DNA of 64,000 nt from Cyanobacteriota bacterium (lineage in GTDB: Bacteria; Cyanobacteriota; Cyanobacteriia; PCC-6307; Cyanobiaceae), in NCBI GenBank assembly GCA_046052125.1, contig JBJOMY010000007.1, positions 16,448 to 80,447 of the forward strand, read 5' to 3'. Shown here one piece after another: positions 62,701-64,000 of this stretch. The notes under the pieces are model-generated. The model worked only from the letters and a program-made list of their open reading frames with translations. It was not told where the DNA came from and made no database searches. Made by a program: the position numbers and the translations under genes. Position 1 is the first letter of the stretch, and each line of letters opens with the position of its first letter.

Positions 62701-64000
62701 TGCTCAATCCATCGGCGGCGGCGGTGGTGCCGGCGGCAGCAGCACCAGCGTGAGCCAAGCCGACAGCTCCCAGTCGGCCAATGCCAGCTTCAACTTCGGT
62801 GCCAGCGCCAGTGTGGGCGGCAGCGGCGGTGGCGGCGGCAATGGCGGCCGGGTGGTCGTGAGCTATGCGGGCAACATCGCCACCTTCGGCGCCTTTGGAT
62901 CGCCGGGGATGCTGATCCAATCGGTGGGTGGCGGCGGTGGTGCGGGCGGCAGCTCCACCAGCAGCGCCAGCTCCGGATCCGGCAGCACCCTTGGGGCGTC
63001 GGTGTCGATGGCCTTCGGCGGCAGTGGTGGCAACGGTGGACGCGGCGGCAACGTCAGCTTCCTCAGCAACGGCAACCTCAACATCTCCACCGTTGGCGAG
63101 AACTCGCCAGGTGCCCTGATTCAGAGCATCGGTGGTGGTGGCGGAGCCGGTGGCGCTGTGAGCAGCGTGGCCACGACCACCGGCAATGCCAGTTTCAGCT
63201 TCGGGGGCTCTGCCAGCGTGGGCGGCTCGGGTGGTGGCGGTGGCAGCGGTGGCGCTGTTGTCTTCGGCAAGAACGCCAAAAAAGCGGTTCCGATCAGCAT
63301 CAGCACCGAGGGCATCAGCTCCCCAGGCCTGCTGGTTCAGAGCGTGGGCGGCGGCGGCGGCCAGGGTGGTCGTTCCCTCAGTAACGCCTCAGCCGGCAAC
63401 CTTTCGGTGTCGTTCGGGATGGGCGGCAGCGGCGGCAACGGTGGCAGTGGCGGCGCGGTCACCTTCAACGCCCTTGGCACCGTTCAAACCCTGGGTGAAC
63501 TGGCTCACGGCATCGTCGTGCAGTCGTTGGGCGGCGGTGGCGGTCAGGGCGGCTCCGTTGTGAGCGGTGCTTCGGCGGCGGCCGAGTCGGCCAATTCCTC
63601 CTTCTCCTTCGGGGCATCGGCCGGAGTTTCCGGAAGCGGCGGCGGTGGCGGCAGCGGCGGCACGGTGCAGGCCTTGATGTCGGGACAAATCACCACCCAA
63701 GGTGATGGAGCCATCGGCTTCTTCGCTCAGTCCGTTGGTGGTGGTGGTGGTTCCGCCGGGTCAGTCACCAGCACAACCTCGACCGGTGGTAACTCCTCAA
63801 TCGCCGGTTCGGCCACCTTCTCCATGGGTGCCAGTGGCGGTGATGGTGGGGCCGGCGGGAATGTGTCGCTGATCGTTCCCTCTCAACTCACCGTCATCAC
63901 CGGAAACCTCACTGCAGGTACCGGCACTGGCGCTCACGGCATCCTCCTCCAGTCCATCGGTGGCGGTGGCGGTCAAGGCGGTTCCATCCTCTCCGGCAAC
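56708..64000 (+). CDS. Giant Gly/Ser-rich repetitive surface protein (autotransporter/adhesin-like passenger), 3' end outside window
   Basis: GTG 56708 gives MRQNRAALGLLPAFLLLSGTATSVLA/QTQ; same reading frame holds at 63962-64000; absent from the ORF track because there is no stop in the window; at least 2431 codons. Confidence 0.93.
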   Translation, partial: MRQNRAALGLLPAFLLLSGTATSVLAQTQNIGTSSGTYTSPSSQPFVYGQGNNGSTPSYNPWGNGRTGGTGGSGPTITYSLINGSSIGTTAGASSAGGRGGNGGTSAGDGGDGGSGGSPGNVTVTITSGTNISASSLVNGGYTSVLGAIASVSAGNGGDGANAGLVSGGSGGVGGSSAGQTAQLNTQGGSSISATSTSGSYGAIGLLSQATGGIGGDGGSGTFGGGGSGGSGGFSGTASVNNAGNITVTSSGGAGGAGILVQSVGGQGGSSGSGGIISFGNLGGTGGNAGTVNVVNSGNITVSGNGVFGINAQSVGGGGGAVAPSISLANLGSSEGGGGGAGGSATVTMSGGSIRTNGSNAIGIIVQSIGGGGGAIGSSAAAINLGGSSSGGFGGNAGSATLNFSGGSVTTGSATVGTLSSGILVQSIGGGGGSAGTSYGLISFGASGGNGGNGGTATAYLSSGSVTTYQDFAPGITVQSIGGGGGNGGNASSAGVGVSVAVGGTGAAGGVGGTAQVFAPSLNSVPITINTSGNSSPGLLVQSIGGGGGNGGSSTSASVGIASASIAVGGSGGSGATAGKVTVGTSSVPLYINVTTQGASSPGISLMSVGGGGGSGGASGSLAGGAAGSFSLGIGGTGGTGANSGVVYANIAGNITTSGFQSPGIYAASIGGGGGSGGASMSLSAGGVVAASPSVGGSGGAAGNANTVSVTYSGNIVTAGDYSPGVSINSIGGGGGSGGSSLSASASGGVSMSVAVGGQGSGGGYGSSATGSISGNITTTGAYSPGIFIQSIGGGGGSGGSAVTGSMSINPVASGAIGVGLGGSAGGGGNGGAVTLTYNGGSISTTGDFSLGILAQSVGGGGGQGGISTSGSVAVSGGASVSGAVAMGGSGGNGGNASSVSVTASGNVLSTSGNVAPGILAQSIGGGGGSGGSSLTLQGSAGGAAGVNLGGSTGGTGGAGGNASSVSLTSSFTTILTTGNYSPGLLAQSIGGGGGGGGSSASLSASGGGTAGVNAVATVGGAGSSGGSAGSVTLNSSSNISTSGYNSYGIFAQSVGGGGGSGGSAASVSLSGGGSAAISAGATIGGSGAGGGSAGTVTVTSTGSSIQTTGNSATGILAQSIGGGGGNGGSASTISATASGGASVNANLTMGGQGGGGGNAGQVSVTSYSSITTTGNSSYGIYAQSVGGGGGSGGMSTNMQAGIAASGAVNVGVTMGGAGGGGGSGGAVQVNSYGNLISTSGYNAAGIYAQSLGGGGGSGGQSNSFSLAASGSGSVNANAQIGGSGGGGGSGSTVTIYSTSSIITSGNSAYGIFAQSVGGGGGNGGGTLSGQLAAGAGPTVNAGVSLGGSGGGGGSGGAVSVTSLGNSITTTGDQATGILAQSIGGGGGAGGSTISLQGAGGTAPAVNAGVSIGGSGGSGGAAGSVTVMSESIINTSGNSAYGIFAQSVGGGGGSGGSTISGQIALSTGATASVGVNLGGAGGSGNTAGNVSVTSKGASITTRGNNAAAIYAQSIGGGGGSGGQASSFSLSGSTGGPSITANANVGGNGGSGGSGGNVTIVNSSTISTGSVVDGVVYGVNSFGLFAQSVGGSGGFGGSTLTGQLSASNASPSVNAGVSIGGSGGSGNSGGSVSITSTDASITTLGDYAAGIFAQSVGGGGGAGGSTLSIQGSGSSSGTTVNGGVSLGGAGGSGSNGGTVTVTSNSNISTGYDLGNGVISGAYAYGIFAQSIGGGGGSGGSTKSYTGTVSSSGQPITLGASVGGSGGSGGSASTVTVYASGNITTRGYAATGLLAQSIGGGGGAGGSTSSMSLNASQSGSKVQGSIDISIGGSGGSGGNAGKVVVQPYQQGQALTITTFGDQAHGLYAQSVGGGGGQGGSSQNSSTNKSDSKYSFGGSATVGGGGGQGGTGNAVLIGTNQRKPLLVEIETQGDNAYGLFAQSVGGGGGSGGSSSSETSGGALSASFSFGGSGGYGGSAGSVKVYASGNIITSGNNSAGLTAQSIGGGGGAGGSSTSVSQADSSQSANASFNFGASASVGGSGGGGGNGGRVVVSYAGNIATFGAFGSPGMLIQSVGGGGGAGGSSTSSASSGSGSTLGASVSMAFGGSGGNGGRGGNVSFLSNGNLNISTVGENSPGALIQSIGGGGGAGGAVSSVATTTGNASFSFGGSASVGGSGGGGGSGGAVVFGKNAKKAVPISISTEGISSPGLLVQSVGGGGGQGGRSLSNASAGNLSVSFGMGGSGGNGGSGGAVTFNALGTVQTLGELAHGIVVQSLGGGGGQGGSVVSGASAAAESANSSFSFGASAGVSGSGGGGGSGGTVQALMSGQITTQGDGAIGFFAQSVGGGGGSAGSVTSTTSTGGNSSIAGSATFSMGASGGDGGAGGNVSLIVPSQLTVITGNLTAGTGTGAHGILLQSIGGGGGQGGSILSGN
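57491..63980 (+). repeat. About 34 tandem coding repeats of roughly 51-75 aa with core GIxAQS(I/V)GGGGGxGG
   Basis: Motif starts read at 57491, 57644, 58142, 58331, 59075, 59273, 59471, 59669, 59864, 60062, 60257, 60455, 60650, 60848, 61043, 61241, 61463, 62087, 62522, 63122, 63950 and others. Confidence 0.92.

Noticed and set aside
56630..63700. Many Pro-rich or Ala-rich short ORFs listed in the track (PPPPP, AAAA)
   Set aside because: Alternative-frame and antisense readings of the GGC/GGT-rich giant ORF
57491..63980. CRISPR array or DNA-level tandem repeat
   Set aside because: Repeats are degenerate at synonymous positions, keep the reading frame and have no cas genes; they are protein repeats

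Overview
High-GC picocyanobacterial chromosome segment (Cyanobium/Synechococcus-like, inferred from gene content and sequences). Positions 1-54500 are mostly conserved core genome: a stand-alone psbD copy, tRNA-Asn, rpaA, holB, tmk, a Cu P-type ATPase, ycf3, radA, rpaB-plsX-fabH-fabD-plsC, tsaB, ycf34, a tRNA nucleotidyltransferase, rbp, crtB-pds, ndhM, rbcR, Z-ISO, ndhF1-ndhD, scpA, cugP, metF, pedR, NAD kinase, ndhAIGE, gltA, sixA, hrcA, trpB, cysC, purE, nagA, chlM, rluA, ycf29 and iscS, with a few inserted accessory genes. The main discovery is at the right end. A giant ORF missing from the supplied ORF track starts at GTG 56708 on the + strand and stays open to the window edge (at least 2431 codons). 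It encodes a Sec-signal-bearing Gly/Ser-rich protein with about 35 QS(I/V)GGGGG repeats, resembling an autotransporter or adhesin passenger. It is flanked by a GT-A-like glycosyltransferase, a Tic22-like periplasmic chaperone and a DUF6447-like small protein, which together form a candidate dedicated surface-protein glycosylation and export module. A second notable feature is a roughly 255-nt element of several long hairpins between ndhF1 and ndhD. All family assignments come from motif recognition, not database searches.
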